From an uncultured Chloroflexia bacterium (GTDB taxonomy: Bacteria; Chloroflexota; Limnocylindria; Limnocylindrales; CSP1-4), in the NCBI GenBank assembly GCA_963813335.1, contig CAWEYL010000003.1, positions 192,001 to 256,000 on the forward strand: a stretch of 64,000 nt of DNA, written 5' to 3'. Below the pieces are notes generated by a model. It did no database searches. It had not been told where the DNA came from and saw only the letters and a program-made list of their open reading frames with translations. Positions 62,568-64,000 of this stretch are shown piece by piece; within the stretch, counting starts at the first letter, position 1; every line of letters begins with the position of its first letter. The position numbers were made by a program, and so were the translations under genes.

Positions 62568-62726
62568 CCGGTTTGTGGCGGGCCTCCCTCGACGGTCGCG
62601 GCCGGACGATGCGCCACCCGGGATTCGCCGGGCCCCGATCGGACCGCCGGAGCGGCCCGCGGGTCCGGCGCGAGCGAGGCGCCCCCATGACTCCCCGCTC
62701 GCCACCCCGGATGCTCGGCGGTCATT

Positions 62727-62745
62727 GTGACAGGTACGGTGTCAC
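62727..62745. promoter_or_regulatory. Palindrome GTGACA-N7-TGTCAC in a divergent intergenic region
   Basis: Perfect 6-bp inverted repeat between the sbcD-like and zinc-ribbon genes. Confidence 0.4.
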
Positions 62746-62961
62746 GGCCGCCACCGCAGCCGGCCCCGCTCCTGCCGGATTCGGCGACTCGTCGTATCAT
62801 CCCCGACCTACCACCCGGTGCGCCCCGAGACGCGGGCCGATACGGCACTTGGGTCGCGCGCCCCGGCTTCTCCCGCCAGACCTCGCCCGTCCCGTCCGCC
62901 GATGCGGCTGCCCTCCGGACGCACGCAGTACCAGCGAGCACCCGCCGCCCGGAGGACCCAA

Positions 62962-63300
62962 GTGACCTTTGTCGATCGAACCCTGAGCTGCGTCGACTGC
63001 GGTGTGGAATTCATCCACTCCGTCGCCGATCAGGAGTACTACGTGCAGAAGGGGTTCACCAGCGATCCGAAGCGCTGCACGAGCTGCCGCGCCAGCCGCC
63101 GTGCGGCCAGGGAGACGGATCCCGATCTGCGCGAGATCGGCGGACCGCGCGGCTACGAGCGCGGCGACGACCGTGCCAACCGCGAGTACTTCGCGGTGAT
63201 CTGCTCGTCCTGCGGCAACCAGGCGCAGGTCCCCTTCAAGCCGCGCATGGACCGCCCGGTCTACTGCTCGGACTGCTTCCGGACCGTCCGCCCGGACTGA
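62962..63300 (+). CDS. Zinc-ribbon / CxxC-x17-CxxC domain protein
   Basis: GGAGG RBS; DRTLSCVDCG..F....Q.YY..KGF...PKRC..CR; CSSCG...VPFKP..DRPVYCSDCF. Confidence 0.9.
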   Translation: MTFVDRTLSCVDCGVEFIHSVADQEYYVQKGFTSDPKRCTSCRASRRAARETDPDLREIGGPRGYERGDDRANREYFAVICSSCGNQAQVPFKPRMDRPVYCSDCFRTVRPD

Positions 63301-63320
63301 CCTCCGGCCTCGCCGGGGAG

Positions 63321-64000
63321 CTACGCCTCCTCGACCCGGAAGACCTCGCCGGCGCGATGCCGTTCGCGCCGGCGCCCCCGCCAGACCGTCACGCGCGCGG
63401 CGCCGTGGACCTGACACGTGCCGTCGCGGCCGATGACCGCGGTGTCCTCGTCGATCCCCAGCACCACGGATCCGCGCGGCGCCTGGAGCGCGACGAGCGC
63501 GGACATCGGCTCCGGCCACGCGTCGTAGTGGGGCACGACCGACACCCCCGACGCGAACCCCAGCCCTGACCGCCACCTGAGCGGCCATGGCAGCAGCCGG
63601 ACGCGGAAGTCGAAGGTGTGGCCGGCGAGGACCATCGCGCCCGCCGAGCAGCCCGCGAGCACCGCGCCGCGCTCGTGTGCCGCCGCGATCGCCCGGCCGA
63701 CCGCGCTGCCTTCGAGCGTCTGGAGCAGATAGCCCGGCTTGCCGCCGGAGAGGTAGACGAGGTCAGCCTCGCCGACCGCCTGGGCGAAGCCGGTGTCGTC
63801 GGCCGAGGCCCGGTCGCGGACCAGGACCGGCTCGACCTCGGCGCCGAGGCCGCCGAAGTGGGCGACGCCCATGGCGGCCCAGCGGTCGAACACCTCCTCG
63901 CCGTCCGGGTAGGAGGCGGTCGGCAGGATCGCGACGCGCGGACGCGGGCGGCCGGTCGCGGCGAGCAGCTCGAGGTCGAAGTCGAGCATCGCAGGAAGGA
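63321..64000 (-). CDS. Peptidase S51 / cyanophycinase-like (class I glutamine amidotransferase-like), 5' end outside window
   Basis: ILPTAS, YLSGG, GCSAGAM, PHYD, GIDEDTA. Confidence 0.85.
   Translation of the reverse strand, partial: LPAMLDFDLELLAATGRPRPRVAILPTASYPDGEEVFDRWAAMGVAHFGGLGAEVEPVLVRDRASADDTGFAQAVGEADLVYLSGGKPGYLLQTLEGSAVGRAIAAAHERGAVLAGCSAGAMVLAGHTFDFRVRLLPWPLRWRSGLGFASGVSVVPHYDAWPEPMSALVALQAPRGSVVLGIDEDTAVIGRDGTCQVHGAARVTVWRGRRRERHRAGEVFRVEEA

Noticed and set aside
59406-62705. Apparent 1099-aa nuclease-ATPase fusion
   Set aside because: Two +1 indels; the corrected frames give separate SbcD-like and SMC-like genes with a GTGA overlap

Overview
A very GC-rich, gene-dense bacterial chromosome segment. 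Gene content and style suggest Chloroflexota, possibly Limnocylindria-like (inference only). It is mostly core or housekeeping DNA: tRNA-Ala(GGC), leuS, comEA-comEC-HD-holA, obgE-nadD-rsfS, rho, transaldolase, pyrG, psuG plus a PfkB kinase, a pentose-phosphate cluster (tkt, rpiB, pgi-like, gnd, zwf, opcA, pgl), citrate synthase, CorA and an SbcD/SbcE(YhaO/YhaN)-like pair. There are also three type II toxin-antitoxin modules, a lipoprotein serpin and a small glycan-modification cluster. I found no CRISPR array, prophage, integrase or transposase. The most notable non-obvious signals are: (1) a ~200-nt rod-shaped, 6S-like RNA whose promoter abuts a cluster of DnaA-box-like 9-mers (56500-56820); (2) two TAACC-N18-GGTTA inverted repeats straddling a near-consensus sigma70 promoter between a CGNR/ABATE zinc-finger gene and two small-protein genes, a candidate operator for a poorly characterised regulator family; (3) two TA modules with their own palindromic operators inside the pentose-phosphate cluster; (4) pervasive leaderless TANNNT-N6-start architecture; (5) nine single-base (+1) frameshifts with a shared signature, most likely assembly artefacts. 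All calls come from reading the sequence; no searches were run.
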